Part shown: positions 54,507 through 64,000 of the stretch, in pieces | Numbering within the stretch: position 1 is the first letter of the stretch | Layout of the letters: every line of letters starts with the position of its first letter | DNA from: Candidatus Altiarchaeota archaeon | GTDB lineage: Archaea; Altiarchaeota; Altiarchaeia; IMC4; SCGC-AAA252-I15 | DNA: 64,000 nt | NCBI GenBank assembly: GCA_028712125.1 | Contig: JAQTQS010000001.1 | Location: 3,526-67,525, forward strand | Direction: 5' to 3' | The notes under the pieces: model-generated | The model's database searches: none | Told to the model about the DNA's origin: nothing | What the model saw: the letters and a program-made list of their open reading frames with translations, nothing else | Position numbers and translations under genes: made by a program

Positions 54507-54956
54507 ATGACAGATACAGATTATAAACAGGAATTCAAAAGCCTGACAAGCGAACTCACAAACGCAGTGCATGAGATACAAGACCCAGTGGCAATAGCCA
54601 CAATGCTGTACTCCATAGCAGAGGAAAAGAAATCCTCAAACCTAGTCACAAGAAACATCAACGCAAAACTCGACACCATCGCGCTAAAGATGGAGCAGCT
54701 CAACAAAACGCTCGAAAAACTCAACGTCTACCTCGAAAAAAGAGAGCAAACACCCGCAGCCAAGACATCCAAACGCGACAACGAGGTAATCAGCTTCGTA
54801 AAGCAAAAAAAGAAGATATCCGCAAAAGAACTCCAGGAAAAATTCAAATACAGAGGCCGGAACGCGGCAAGCGCAAGGCTATCCAAGCTCTTCAAGGAAG
54901 GCGTGCTCGAAAAATCCTTCATCGGCCGCGAAGTATACTACGTGAACAAAACGTAA
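54507..54956 (+). CDS. hypothetical DNA-binding protein with C-terminal winged helix
   Basis: ISAKELQEKFKYRGRNAASARLSKLFKEGVLEKSFIGREVYYV is a wHTH. The N-terminus is coiled-coil. The region is AT-rich. Confidence 0.4.
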   Translation: MTDTDYKQEFKSLTSELTNAVHEIQDPVAIATMLYSIAEEKKSSNLVTRNINAKLDTIALKMEQLNKTLEKLNVYLEKREQTPAAKTSKRDNEVISFVKQKKKISAKELQEKFKYRGRNAASARLSKLFKEGVLEKSFIGREVYYVNKT

Positions 54957-55187
54957 GGATCACATCACCCCAACCACCCCGTCGTCCCGGGTCCACTGAA
55001 ACGACCCGGGACGAACCCCCTCACCACTCCAAGAAAAACACCAGCAGACCGCCGTAGACATCCGCAATGTAGGGATTGCGGATGAAATTCTCAACCGTCC
55101 CGCCCCAAAAACGGGATTCAGGGGATGACGCCTTTATGCCAGTGGGGTAAAAGACGTTATAAATATCCTGTCAATTAATAGGTAAAT

Positions 55188-55868
55188 GTGGAGGATAATC
55201 CTATTGTAGTTGATGGGACAGGCTCCAAGGTAGTTCATTCGAAGGGCTATAGCCTGGGTTATTTTATTGGTTCTTTTTTCCTCGGAGTGGTTTTACTTTT
55301 ATTAATCCTTTATTGGCAACTGGGGATTTTCGAAATGGCCAAGCCGGTGATTTATCTTTACCCGACCGTTGCTGGCCAAGTCAAAGTTACCCTTGTTACT
55401 CCTGGCAGTATTACCGTGTCTGACCCCCCGTATAATGGAGCCTGGAACGTCTTAGCGACCCCTGAGGGCAGAATAGACGGAGCATATGACTATCTCTTCT
55501 ATGAGGCGGATGTCGGAAGGGGTGCGGATTTATCGGAGGGATGGATTGTGGAAGGCGAGAAAATCGGTGAATGGTTCGACCTGAATTTGCCTGTCTTCGG
55601 ACTAAACGAAAATGAAGAGAAGGACTTCATGGAGTACTGGATGGTTCACCTGCCAAAAGCAGACTACTACAAGGTCGTATTGCTATCGGACGAAGACCTT
55701 GACGAGATGGTAAGGTTGGACATCGAGCCTAAACCTGACACCATAATCAGGGTCAACCTGTACATAAAGCCGATAAATGAGAAAATCGTAATCCCACATC
55801 CCAGGATAAAGGAAAAACAAAGGGAAGGATTCACTGTTGTGGAATGGGGGGTGATTCTTGATGACTGA
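55188..55868 (+). CDS. hypothetical membrane-anchored protein
   Basis: It has one TM helix (FFLGVVLLLLILYW) and a predicted extracytoplasmic domain. Confidence 0.35.
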   Translation: MEDNPIVVDGTGSKVVHSKGYSLGYFIGSFFLGVVLLLLILYWQLGIFEMAKPVIYLYPTVAGQVKVTLVTPGSITVSDPPYNGAWNVLATPEGRIDGAYDYLFYEADVGRGADLSEGWIVEGEKIGEWFDLNLPVFGLNENEEKDFMEYWMVHLPKADYYKVVLLSDEDLDEMVRLDIEPKPDTIIRVNLYIKPINEKIVIPHPRIKEKQREGFTVVEWGVILDD

Positions 55869-56352
55869 AACCGGGAAAAAGGAGCCGGGATTCATTCAAG
55901 GCCTGTGGGATGGACTGATGAAACACAAAACTGTGAATTTCATCATTATGGTAATTATAATCCTCATCATATGGGATATTATGCAGAAACCGCATTATTC
56001 GGGGGTGATGATAACCGCCTCGGGTTTTGCAAAGATTAAACCCCAGCTTTACGCTACAAGTTTAAGGGCTGATGGAAACTTCACTGGAGTATTCACTGAT
56101 GGAGCGGGAGCGAGGATAACTGTCATGACTGCGACCGCGACATTGGATAATGGTGACACATGTACGTTGACTGCTATTCCAACACAGGCATCTGCTGGAG
56201 ACAACTTCATATTATCAGGCTCGAGCTGTGATGCAGGCGGCGACAAAGGGGATATGTACATGATGACTATCTCAATCCCCTACACGATAGTTATCGGAAA
56301 TATAACCTCAACACACAATGATACCGGAAGGATAAACGGGCCACTAATGTGA
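55858..56352 (+). CDS. hypothetical membrane-anchored protein (possible pilin-like/surface protein)
   Basis: An N-terminal TM helix is followed by a Thr/Gly/Ala-rich beta-like domain. It overlaps the previous gene by 11 bp. Confidence 0.3.
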   Translation: MMTETGKKEPGFIQGLWDGLMKHKTVNFIIMVIIILIIWDIMQKPHYSGVMITASGFAKIKPQLYATSLRADGNFTGVFTDGAGARITVMTATATLDNGDTCTLTAIPTQASAGDNFILSGSSCDAGGDKGDMYMMTISIPYTIVIGNITSTHNDTGRINGPLM

Positions 56353-56463
56353 ATTTTGTTCTTTAAAATTGTTTGTTGAATATTTTTACAATAGCTAGTG
56401 AGTTTAGTGTATTGATTGCGGAGGGGGGAGAAAACGTTTTTGATCTGAGGTAATTGGTTGCCC

Positions 56464-57138
56464 TTAACTTTTCAGCATGTCCATAAGCCGCACCGGCTTC
56501 TTCTTCAAGAGAAACTCCAGGTTCTTCACGTAATTCTCCCGCTTGTAGCCGAAGACCGCCATCTTCCTGCGCCTCTTCGCAATCAGCGAAAAGTCCATCC
56601 CGCCGAACTCCCAAGGGTGCGCGAAATAAACCTTGTCCTCAAGCGGGAAATCAAGAGTCCTTTTGAACAAGGAAGGCCGCACGCCCATCATCTTCCCGCC
56701 CGTGAAAATCGGGACTTCAGGAATCTCTACGCCCTTCGGCAAACTCTGGTAGAACAACAAGGAAGAGTCATAAGAGAAATACTTGGATACGACCTTCAGG
56801 ACGCGCTCATTGACGCTTGCATACGGGGCCCGGAAACCCCTCGCGTCCAGCCCGTACTCCTCAAGGCACTCCACGGCTTCGAGTATTTCCCCCTCAAGCT
56901 GCAATGGGCTTAGTTTTGTAAGGTCTATGTGCCTTAGGCTGTGGCAGCCGAGCTCAAAGCCTTTTAGCAAATCGATTATTCCGGGATTCTTGTCTAGATA
57001 GTCCGCGCAAATGAAGAACGTGGCGTCTGAACGATGCTTTCGAAGAATCTTCGTTATCGCCCCAAGGCCCTCGACTCCCTTGCTCGTGTCGTAATGCGGG
57101 GGAAAGTCCGGCTCGACGTCGAAGGAAAGGCCTATCAT
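56464..57138 (-). CDS. polysaccharide deacetylase (NodB/CE4 family)
   Basis: GLSFDVEPDFPPHY, the TFFICADYL motif and HS...H match the family. Confidence 0.65.
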   Translation of the reverse strand: MIGLSFDVEPDFPPHYDTSKGVEGLGAITKILRKHRSDATFFICADYLDKNPGIIDLLKGFELGCHSLRHIDLTKLSPLQLEGEILEAVECLEEYGLDARGFRAPYASVNERVLKVVSKYFSYDSSLLFYQSLPKGVEIPEVPIFTGGKMMGVRPSLFKRTLDFPLEDKVYFAHPWEFGGMDFSLIAKRRRKMAVFGYKRENYVKNLEFLLKKKPVRLMDMLKS

Positions 57139-57182
57139 GGTAAACTCTGGGGGCGAGCGCTTAAAATCCGAGGAAGGCTTTC

Positions 57183-58154
57183 CTAGGCCGCTGGTATTAT
57201 GCTGTCCACGAACCAGTTCCTGTCGAACTCCTTGAGGTCGCCGTAGCCCTGGCCCGTGCCTATGAGTATTATGGGTTTTTTCGTCTCGTGGGTTATGGAA
57301 AGCGCGCTCCCGCCTTTCGCGTCGGCATCCATCTTAGTTAGTATGACGGCATCGATGCCCGCATTGTCGTTGAACGAGCGCGCCTGCTCGACGGCGTCGT
57401 TACCGGTCAGCGCGTCGCCGACGAAAATCTTCAAATCCGGCTTTGCGACCCTTATAATCTTCTTCATCTCGTCCATCAAATTGACGTTCGTCTGCATCCG
57501 GCCGGCGGTGTCGGCGAGCACGACGTCGATTCCCCTGGCTTTCGCGTGCTCTATGGCGTCGAATATGACTGCGGCCGAGTCGCTGCCTTTCTGCTGCTTG
57601 ACTACGCGTACGCCGACCATTCCGGCGTGCTTTTCAGCCTGCTCTATGGCGCCGGCCCTGAACGTGTCGCCTGCCGCTATTACCGGGCTTATGCCGTTTT
57701 TCAAAAGGTAGGCCGCGACCTTTGCTATCGTCGTCGTCTTCCCGGTGCCGTTGACTCCGAAGAAGACTATCTTGACGGGCTTCTCTTTCCTGCGTATGAA
57801 TTCTATGAGATTGAACTCGCTGCCGGTGGATAGTGTCTCCAGGAGGACTTCCCGCACGGCCTTGCTGACGAATTCATTGACCTTGCCATGCTCGATGTCC
57901 ATGCCGACGAGGCGCTCCTTCAGCCGGCCTGTGAGGTACTCCACCGTCTCAGAAGCGACATCGTTTTGCATGAGCTCGAGCTGCAGATTCCAGAGCACGT
58001 CCTCGAGGTCGGAATCGGAAAGCCTTATCGCGCCCGACAGCATTCCCCTGACCTTGGTCGCGACCGACAATTCGACCTCATGCTTTCTTGCTGAGTCTTC
58101 GACCGTCCCCATGAACGACGCTATCTTCTTCCTAAGAATTTCGAACATCTTCAA
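57183..58154 (-). CDS. ftsY: signal recognition particle receptor FtsY
   Basis: GVNGTGKTTTIAKVAAYL is the G1 motif. DTAGR and TKMD motifs are present. Confidence 0.85.
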   Translation of the reverse strand: MKMFEILRKKIASFMGTVEDSARKHEVELSVATKVRGMLSGAIRLSDSDLEDVLWNLQLELMQNDVASETVEYLTGRLKERLVGMDIEHGKVNEFVSKAVREVLLETLSTGSEFNLIEFIRRKEKPVKIVFFGVNGTGKTTTIAKVAAYLLKNGISPVIAAGDTFRAGAIEQAEKHAGMVGVRVVKQQKGSDSAAVIFDAIEHAKARGIDVVLADTAGRMQTNVNLMDEMKKIIRVAKPDLKIFVGDALTGNDAVEQARSFNDNAGIDAVILTKMDADAKGGSALSITHETKKPIILIGTGQGYGDLKEFDRNWFVDSIIPAA

Positions 58155-58591
58155 TCGTGATCGTGGCCCGTGTGCGCGCCGCCCATAAGGTGCTGCGCCC
58201 GGTGGTTCAGTTCCTCAAGCTGGCCGTTGAGCGAGATGATGCCCTGCTGCGCCTGCGAGAGGGCGCGCTCAAGCTCGGCCGCCCTTTCCTTCAGGACTTT
58301 AATTGCGTCTTCGGCTTTTTTATCGACCGAAACCTTAGCCCCGACGCCGAATATGACGCTGCCGGCGTCCTTCAGCGAGGCCGAAATTAGGCAGTCGCTG
58401 CCTATGGGCACGAGTATTTCATCGCCTTTCTTCGCCGTCTTAAGGTTCTCCAAAGTCTCGATTGTGGCGTTTGTTTCCGCGAGAGCGCCCTCCATCATCC
58501 TCCCCTGCTTTATGAGCGCCTCAAGCTGCTTCTTCCCGGCCTCGAACTGCACAAGGGCCGCCTGCAGGTCGGCCTCCTTTTTTTCGGTCAT
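58151..58591 (-). CDS. pfdA: prefoldin alpha subunit
   Basis: This 146-aa protein has a coiled-coil, beta-hairpin, coiled-coil layout. The ATGA overlap with ftsY gives the conserved ftsY-pfdA linkage. Confidence 0.75.
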   Translation of the reverse strand: MTEKKEADLQAALVQFEAGKKQLEALIKQGRMMEGALAETNATIETLENLKTAKKGDEILVPIGSDCLISASLKDAGSVIFGVGAKVSVDKKAEDAIKVLKERAAELERALSQAQQGIISLNGQLEELNHRAQHLMGGAHTGHDHD

Positions 58592-58592
58592 T

Positions 58593-59282
58593 TCACATCT
58601 CGTATACCCTGAATTCCTTTCCCTTGCCCATGATGACCATGTCCGCGTTTCGTATCGCGAATATGCCGTTCTCTATGAGCCCGGGGATGTTGTTGAGCAT
58701 GCCTTCCATGTCGAGCGGGTCAGACAGGTCGAGGCCCGTCACGTCCAGTATGACGTTCCCGTTGTCGGTGGTGAAGCCCTCCCTCAGCATCGGCGTCCCG
58801 CCGAGTTCGCGTATTTCGGATTCGACGAACTTCTGGGCGAACGGCAGCACCTCAATCGGAAGCGGGAACTTGCCTATCTTTTCCACCCATTTGGTCTCGT
58901 CTATGCAGACGATAAAGGTCTTGGACGCCGAAGCGACAAGCTTTTCCCTCGTGAGCGCGCCGCCGCCGCCCTTGATGAGGTTCATCCTCTTGTCGGCCTC
59001 GTCCGCGCCGTCGACTGCCAGGTCTATCTGGGGTATCTCGCCGTACCTTGCCTTGCCCAGCGCCGAGTTGAGGTCTATGACTTTCAGGTTGAGTTTGACG
59101 GCGAGCGTCTCGGTGGCGCGCGACGATGGAACGCACGTGACGTCAAGTTTGGCGTTCGCAAGCTCTTCGATGAAATAGCGCATGGTAGTCCCGCTGCCAA
59201 GCCCCAGCTTCATGCCGGGTTTCACGTATTCCAACGCCTTCAGGACCGCAGTACGCTTCGACTGCTCCGTGTCTGACGCCAT
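58593..59282 (-). CDS. rpiA: ribose-5-phosphate isomerase A
   Basis: LGLGSGTTMRYFIEEL, DGADEAD and KGGGGAL are RpiA motifs. Confidence 0.85.
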   Translation of the reverse strand: MASDTEQSKRTAVLKALEYVKPGMKLGLGSGTTMRYFIEELANAKLDVTCVPSSRATETLAVKLNLKVIDLNSALGKARYGEIPQIDLAVDGADEADKRMNLIKGGGGALTREKLVASASKTFIVCIDETKWVEKIGKFPLPIEVLPFAQKFVESEIRELGGTPMLREGFTTDNGNVILDVTGLDLSDPLDMEGMLNNIPGLIENGIFAIRNADMVIMGKGKEFRVYEM

Positions 59283-59344
59283 TTTTTAGTGTGTTAATGA
59301 TAGCTATTGCGCTTATTTAAATTCGAGCGCAGCAACGCGCTCTT

Positions 59345-61228
59345 TCACGCAACACCAGAGAACTTCGGCCGGCCGGACAGGTTTCTCGGCAGCGGGAGGG
59401 GCCTGAACGGCTTTTTCTGCGTCTGGCCGAGTATGCCGGCCGTCAGCTCTTCGATGGTCGTCTCCTCCTGTTTTTTCGTCTCCCTTGTCCTGACCTGCAG
59501 GCGTTTGGACTCGCGCTCCTTCGCGCCGACGACAACGATTCTTGGAATCCATTCCCGTTCCGCGTCCCTTATCTTGCCGCCCAGCGGTTCTGAGCGGTCG
59601 TCAACGTCTACGCGTATGCGCTCTTTGCTGATTCGGTCCGCGACTTCGTTCGCGAATGCAAGGTATTCTTCGGATACGGGTATTACGCGGACCTGCGTCG
59701 GGCATAGCCACATCGGGAGCGTCGGCACGCCGCCCGCTTCCTTTGCCATGTACGCCTTTTCCAGCAGGGCGTAGATTATGCGCTCGACCGCGCCTGAGGG
59801 GCTGCAGTGCAGTATTATCGGGTTCCTCTTCTGCCCGTCCCTGCCTGTGAACCGAATGTCGTATCTTTCGCCGTTTTCGACGTCTATCTGGTCTGTGGAG
59901 AGCGCCGACGACTTGTCCAGCGCGTCGACGAAGTTGAGCTCGTACTTCAAAACGAAGTAGAATATCCTCGCATCCCACATCTCGACGAGCGCGGGCTTGC
60001 CGAACTCCTTGACGAGGTACAGCACGAAGTCCTTGTTGCTCTCGTAGAACTCCCTTGTGACGCGTATTCCTATTTCAACGTCGTCCTTCGATATTCCAAG
60101 GCCGTCAAGCGTCCTGATGCAGAGGGCGAAACGTTTCCTGTACTCGTCCATCGCCTGCGTCATGTCCTCGCAGAGCGCGTGCACGTCCGGCATGGTGAAA
60201 GCCCGGAGCCTTCGCAGGCCCGTGAGCTCGCCGGACTTCTCCCTGCGGAATGCGTATCTTGCAAGCTCGTAGAGCCTTAGCGGGAGGTTCTTGTAGCTTA
60301 TTGTCGCGTCGTGGGCCATGAGGAACTGGCCGAAGCAGGCTGCGAACCTTAGGAAGAACTTCTTGTCTTCGGATTCTACGAGGTATTGCCTTGCCGGGAA
60401 GCGGTTCAGGTATTTCGCGAGCGTCGGGTGCTCGAGGTCGTACATTATGGGCGTCTCGACTTCTATTCCCCCGTAGTCTAGGATGTTCTCTGTGACGTAC
60501 TGCTCGATGAGCGCTTTTACCATCCTGCCTTTCGGGTAATAGCGGAAGTTCCCGGGGTCGCTGCCGGGCTCGTAGTCCGCAAGCTCGAGCTTTCGCATGA
60601 GCTCGATATGGGGCGGCGGCCTGTCGACTGTCCGGTCCTTCTCCTTCTCATAGAAGCTGAACTTTTTCAGGTTTTCATGGCTTGCATAGTCGAATTCGCT
60701 GATTTCGTGGAGCGTGCCGTCTTCTGTTAGTATGTGCCAGGTGGACTTGAGTTTTTCTTCGCCCTTCAAGGCTTCGGAAACTGCCTTCTCGTCAGCCTTC
60801 GGCTTCTGGCCTTCGGGCAGTATCGTGCGCGACAATTCGCTCAACGGATGGCCTTTGCACTTCAATTCGAAGCTCTTGTACCAGCCGAACGGCGCTTTAA
60901 CTACCTTGTAATCGCCGCGCAATTCGTCATAGAGGTCGTCAATCAGCTTGCTTGCGAGCTTTGGATTTCCTAGGTTCGAGGACAGGTGGGCGTACGGATA
61001 GAGGACGATGCTTTGAGCCTTGACCTTTCCATAGGTGTCTTTTATGCCGTCGATGAGCTGGCGCTTTACGGACTCGACGTCCTGCTCGTCGGGCTTTTCG
61101 AATGCCATGAAGACCACGAGCGCGTCGTCGGACCCGCCGGTCGTCTCCTTCAGTTCTTCGGCATCCTTTAATGCCTTTTTCTTCGCCTCGAAGCGAAGGT
61201 AGTCAGAGTGTATTAAAAGCACGCGCAT
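59345..61228 (-). CDS. thrS: threonyl-tRNA synthetase (archaeal type with N-terminal editing domain)
   Basis: The class II motifs are present, and the anticodon-binding C-terminus and the archaeal-type N-terminal domain (MRVLLIHSDYLRFEAKKKA) match. Confidence 0.85.
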   Translation of the reverse strand: MRVLLIHSDYLRFEAKKKALKDAEELKETTGGSDDALVVFMAFEKPDEQDVESVKRQLIDGIKDTYGKVKAQSIVLYPYAHLSSNLGNPKLASKLIDDLYDELRGDYKVVKAPFGWYKSFELKCKGHPLSELSRTILPEGQKPKADEKAVSEALKGEEKLKSTWHILTEDGTLHEISEFDYASHENLKKFSFYEKEKDRTVDRPPPHIELMRKLELADYEPGSDPGNFRYYPKGRMVKALIEQYVTENILDYGGIEVETPIMYDLEHPTLAKYLNRFPARQYLVESEDKKFFLRFAACFGQFLMAHDATISYKNLPLRLYELARYAFRREKSGELTGLRRLRAFTMPDVHALCEDMTQAMDEYRKRFALCIRTLDGLGISKDDVEIGIRVTREFYESNKDFVLYLVKEFGKPALVEMWDARIFYFVLKYELNFVDALDKSSALSTDQIDVENGERYDIRFTGRDGQKRNPIILHCSPSGAVERIIYALLEKAYMAKEAGGVPTLPMWLCPTQVRVIPVSEEYLAFANEVADRISKERIRVDVDDRSEPLGGKIRDAEREWIPRIVVVGAKERESKRLQVRTRETKKQEETTIEELTAGILGQTQKKPFRPLPLPRNLSGRPKFSGVA

Positions 61229-61268
61229 GGTAAATTAATAGAAGCAGCCGTATAAATTAAATCCTTAC

Positions 61269-62033
61269 ATGAAACTTGTGGCATTTTCACGGGAGGACGC
61301 GGCCGGGAGCAACATAGCTTCGATTCTTTTGAAGGAATTCGGATTGGACGACAAACAGGTGATGGCCTTTGACAAGACGATGACGAATGCTACATTTCCC
61401 CAGGACTTCAGGCCTGAAGTCTGCATTGTCGCATCAAGGCACAGGTCAGAGTCAGGCCAGCCGACGTTGACGGCGCACGTTACAGGCAACTTTGATGCTG
61501 CCGAGCTTGGCGGCAGGGAGAAGGAGCTTGCAATCGCGCCTGCGCTCTATTTACGGGAGGCTATTAGAAAACTATTATTGTACGGCGCGGGAAGCGGCTA
61601 CTCCGTCTCGCTGGAAGTCACCCATCACGGGCCTACAAGCCAGCCGTTCCCCTTGCTGTTCGTCGAGGTCGGCAGCGGGCCGGTCCAGTGGAACGACCTG
61701 TCGGCCTGCAGGATTGTCGCGCGGGTGATTAGCGAGCTTTTGTCCGGCGAGCCGGAACGAGTGCCGGTGGCTGTCGGATTCGGCGGCCCGCATTATGCGC
61801 CGAATTTCACGGCGGTTATTGAGAAGGTTGCGGTGGGGCATATCGCGTCCAAGCACGTTATCGAGTCTATTGACGAATCCATGTTAAGGCAGATGGTCGA
61901 GAAGACCGTGCCGAAGCCGGATTTTGCCTTGTTCGACTGGAAGGGCTTGCGGGGAGAGGAGCGCGGAAGGATTGCAGGGATGCTTTCTAAGATGGGCTTG
62001 GAGTGCAAGCGGACGAGCGAGTTCAAGGATTAG
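61269..62033 (+). CDS. dtdA: D-aminoacyl-tRNA deacylase, archaeal type (DTD2)
   Basis: MKLVAFSREDAAGSNIASIL... together with VTHHGPT and GGPHYAPNF fits the archaeal Dtd family. It is adjacent to thrS. Confidence 0.65.
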   Translation: MKLVAFSREDAAGSNIASILLKEFGLDDKQVMAFDKTMTNATFPQDFRPEVCIVASRHRSESGQPTLTAHVTGNFDAAELGGREKELAIAPALYLREAIRKLLLYGAGSGYSVSLEVTHHGPTSQPFPLLFVEVGSGPVQWNDLSACRIVARVISELLSGEPERVPVAVGFGGPHYAPNFTAVIEKVAVGHIASKHVIESIDESMLRQMVEKTVPKPDFALFDWKGLRGEERGRIAGMLSKMGLECKRTSEFKD

Positions 62034-62074
62034 AGTTCTTTATAGTTTTTTAAGGAGTAGGCCCAAAGTATAAT

Positions 62075-62641
62075 GTGGAAAAAAGGACCACATACATACT
62101 CGCAGGAATAATCATCGGCATCATCCTAGGCGTCGAAGCCATACAATACGCAGACGCCCGGATATGCCCCTCCAAAACATGCGTCGAAACCGCAGAGATA
62201 ACCCCAATCTCAGACCGCGGCTACTTCCCGCAGGCCCACAAAGCCCTCCAAGCGGCCAGAGAGACCATACACATGGCCCAGTTCGAGCTGAAATACTATA
62301 AAAATTATCCCAACAGCAGCGCTACGATACTGGTACAAGACTTAATAGAGGCGAAAAACCGCGGAGTCGAAGTGATAATACTGGTAGACGAATTCTCAAC
62401 CGAAAGCAACGCATTCCAGCTCCTCAAAGACAACGGAATCGAAATAAAAATGGACTCTGAGAACGTAACAACCCACGCCAAACTAATCATAGTGGACGGC
62501 GAAACGGTCATCCTCGGAAGCACAAACCTGTCGTTCTACGGACTTGAAAAGAACAACGAGATTAACGTGGAAATAAAAGACAGAAAGACCGCGGAATACT
62601 ACGAGCAATACTTCTGGGAGCTATGGAACGGAGAATACTAG
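62075..62641 (+). CDS. phospholipase D-like (HKD motif) protein with N-terminal TM anchor
   Basis: THAKLIIVDGETVILGSTNLS is an HxK...D...GSxN HKD motif. The N-terminal helix is ILAGIIIGIILGV. Confidence 0.65.
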   Translation: MEKRTTYILAGIIIGIILGVEAIQYADARICPSKTCVETAEITPISDRGYFPQAHKALQAARETIHMAQFELKYYKNYPNSSATILVQDLIEAKNRGVEVIILVDEFSTESNAFQLLKDNGIEIKMDSENVTTHAKLIIVDGETVILGSTNLSFYGLEKNNEINVEIKDRKTAEYYEQYFWELWNGEY

Positions 62642-62726
62642 AAAGACCTGACACACGCAAGCGAACCATACTGAGTTTTTATCCTCACACGGCCCAAGAT
62701 TAAACACAGATAAGGAGGCGGATTAA

Positions 62727-63176
62727 ATGACCTTACATAAGCCAAGAGCGAAAGACAGAATCACCGACGCCACAATCCTCGGCGAAGTGAGAGAGCTTGC
62801 AGGCAGCGTTCAAATCTATCTTGGCAGAGATGGAAATGACCAAATCAAGCCCGCGTTGGAAGTATCCGGAGACCATGTCAAACTGTCAATGGAAAAGTCA
62901 GTTCACGCGCACGACCCCAACTTTGACCTGAAAGTAAATGTAAAAAGCCACACCGGCCATCAGTTCTCTACCGCATTACGCACGCACGACCTCGTGCTAA
63001 CAGACTTCAGGACGAAAGAGCTGGTGATGCGAACGCCAATCGACGGCGGGACGGCGATGCTAAAAGACGTACCGCCGGGCAAATACGGAATAGAAGTGGT
63101 GAAAAGAAATGCTAAACCGCCCGGGCCGAACATGGACATCCAGCCTAAAGAGCTGGGAAGACAGGCAATACGTTAA
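62727..63176 (+). CDS. hypothetical protein (tandem paralogue A, C-terminal KPPGP motif)
   Basis: It shares ...LG.V..L.G.V...L......KP........G..V.V... and the C-terminal KPPGPNMDI with the next ORF. Confidence 0.4.
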   Translation: MTLHKPRAKDRITDATILGEVRELAGSVQIYLGRDGNDQIKPALEVSGDHVKLSMEKSVHAHDPNFDLKVNVKSHTGHQFSTALRTHDLVLTDFRTKELVMRTPIDGGTAMLKDVPPGKYGIEVVKRNAKPPGPNMDIQPKELGRQAIR

Positions 63177-63250
63177 TGCGACAGACAGGCACCCCCGCTT
63201 TTCATCCCAATACCGCTCAAAAATAACAATACAATACAATGTGACAAACC

Positions 63251-63670
63251 ATGACCATAGCGCAAAAACCCCAGCAACCGGAACAAACGATTTTAGGAGA
63301 CGTTAACACGCTAATAGGCCGCGTTAGGGTTAATTTAAATTACGGCGACAAACCGGACATCCTGCCATACCCGGAAACAAAAAATCTTGACGGCAGCGTC
63401 AGAGTCAGCGTAACGGCCTCGCAAAACCCACAAAGCTACTCAAGGAGCATAGGAGTAGGCGTAATAGGAAAAGACGGCCAGCCCATCAAAATGCCAGACC
63501 ACCTTCTCGCGCTGATAGACATGAGGACAGGCAAGGACGAAGCCATCCAAAGCCTTGAAAACGGAAGGGCATCATACACCGGCGTAAAATCGGACAGATA
63601 CAGACTGGAAATAAGGCCGAAAGAAGGGAGGAAACCGCCGGGACCGATGTTGGACGTAGGACTAAAATAA
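63251..63670 (+). CDS. hypothetical protein (tandem paralogue B, C-terminal KPPGP motif)
   Basis: It ends RKPPGPMLDVGLK, like the upstream paralogue. Confidence 0.4.
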   Translation: MTIAQKPQQPEQTILGDVNTLIGRVRVNLNYGDKPDILPYPETKNLDGSVRVSVTASQNPQSYSRSIGVGVIGKDGQPIKMPDHLLALIDMRTGKDEAIQSLENGRASYTGVKSDRYRLEIRPKEGRKPPGPMLDVGLK

Positions 63671-63684
63671 AATAAAACGCGCTA

Positions 63685-64000
63685 TCACTGAGCCATCGGC
63701 CTTCTAAGCCAGTCTCCAAGGAGGTCTGCGCGGTACTCCACCGCCTTGAGGAACTCCCGGTAGCCCCAGGTGAGGCTCCTCTCGCCGTAAGGCTCGCCAG
63801 TCTCCCTGTTGTATTGCTCCGGAATCCTCCTGTCTTCCAAGTCCTCCGTCATATGCACGATGCCGGATGGATGGGGGTTGAACCTCCTCGTAATCTCCGA
63901 AAACCTTCTATCGCCCCACCCCCAGACGCCGGAGATAATTGTGTCGAACAACTTGGGGTCTTTGGCCCGCTCTATAACAACATGCTTTTTCAGCGAACCG
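63685..64000 (-). CDS. 3' part of a CDS that continues beyond the window end; hypothetical
   Basis: The minus-strand ORF is open to the window edge and its codon usage resembles neighbouring genes. Confidence 0.3.
   Translation of the reverse strand, partial: GSLKKHVVIERAKDPKLFDTIISGVWGWGDRRFSEITRRFNPHPSGIVHMTEDLEDRRIPEQYNRETGEPYGERSLTWGYREFLKAVEYRADLLGDWLRRPMAQ

Noticed and set aside
58170-59276. 368-aa plus-strand ORF spanning pfdA and rpiA
   Set aside because: It is antisense to two confidently identified conserved genes and has Ser/Ala/Arg-biased composition. It is spurious.
1-64000. rRNA genes and additional tRNAs
   Set aside because: No stretch resembles 16S/23S/5S conserved cores. 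Only the one tRNA-like cloverleaf at 15261-15426 was found by eye. A dedicated covariance-model scan could still reveal others.

Overview
Archaeal chromosomal segment (roughly 55-60% GC). The frame consists of conserved archaeal information-processing gene strings: a COG1909-like gene with S24e and S27ae; aTrm56; aIF2alpha, Nop10 and PAC2; ThiI; Csl4 and RpoL; SAHH; FtsY, prefoldin-alpha and RpiA; ThrRS and archaeal DTD. Several accessory segments sit between them. (1) 2.2-11.2 kb holds a two-gene module joined by an ATGA start/stop overlap: a 1886-aa signal-peptide-bearing, Cys/Trp/Asn-sequon-rich extracellular giant with a C-terminal TM anchor, and a 1102-aa polytopic membrane protein with a long Gly/Ala/Lys-rich low-complexity region and an acidic tail. 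Neither has a recognisable family. (2) 15261-15426 (minus strand) holds an intron-containing tRNA-Leu(UAG). The 64-nt hairpin core of its intron recurs almost identically as the 3' trailer. (3) Beside that tRNA, 15.4-21.3 kb is a ~5.6-kb low-GC island bracketed by 22-bp direct repeats. It encodes a membrane-anchored Mrr-type nuclease, a ChaC-like protein, a possible PD-(D/E)xK protein and three tandem paralogues of an uncharacterised winged-helix family; a fourth paralogue lies at 41.4 kb. (4) 32.4-39.5 kb is a six-gene energy-converting-hydrogenase-related (Ehr/Hyf-like) membrane complex that lacks the [NiFe] and Fe-S ligands. An ABC-2 exporter, a nitroreductase, glycosyltransferases, an aminotransferase-phosphatase fusion, a DUF3160-like lipoprotein and several small AT-rich islets each encoding single membrane proteins are also present. 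No rRNA or CRISPR array was seen.
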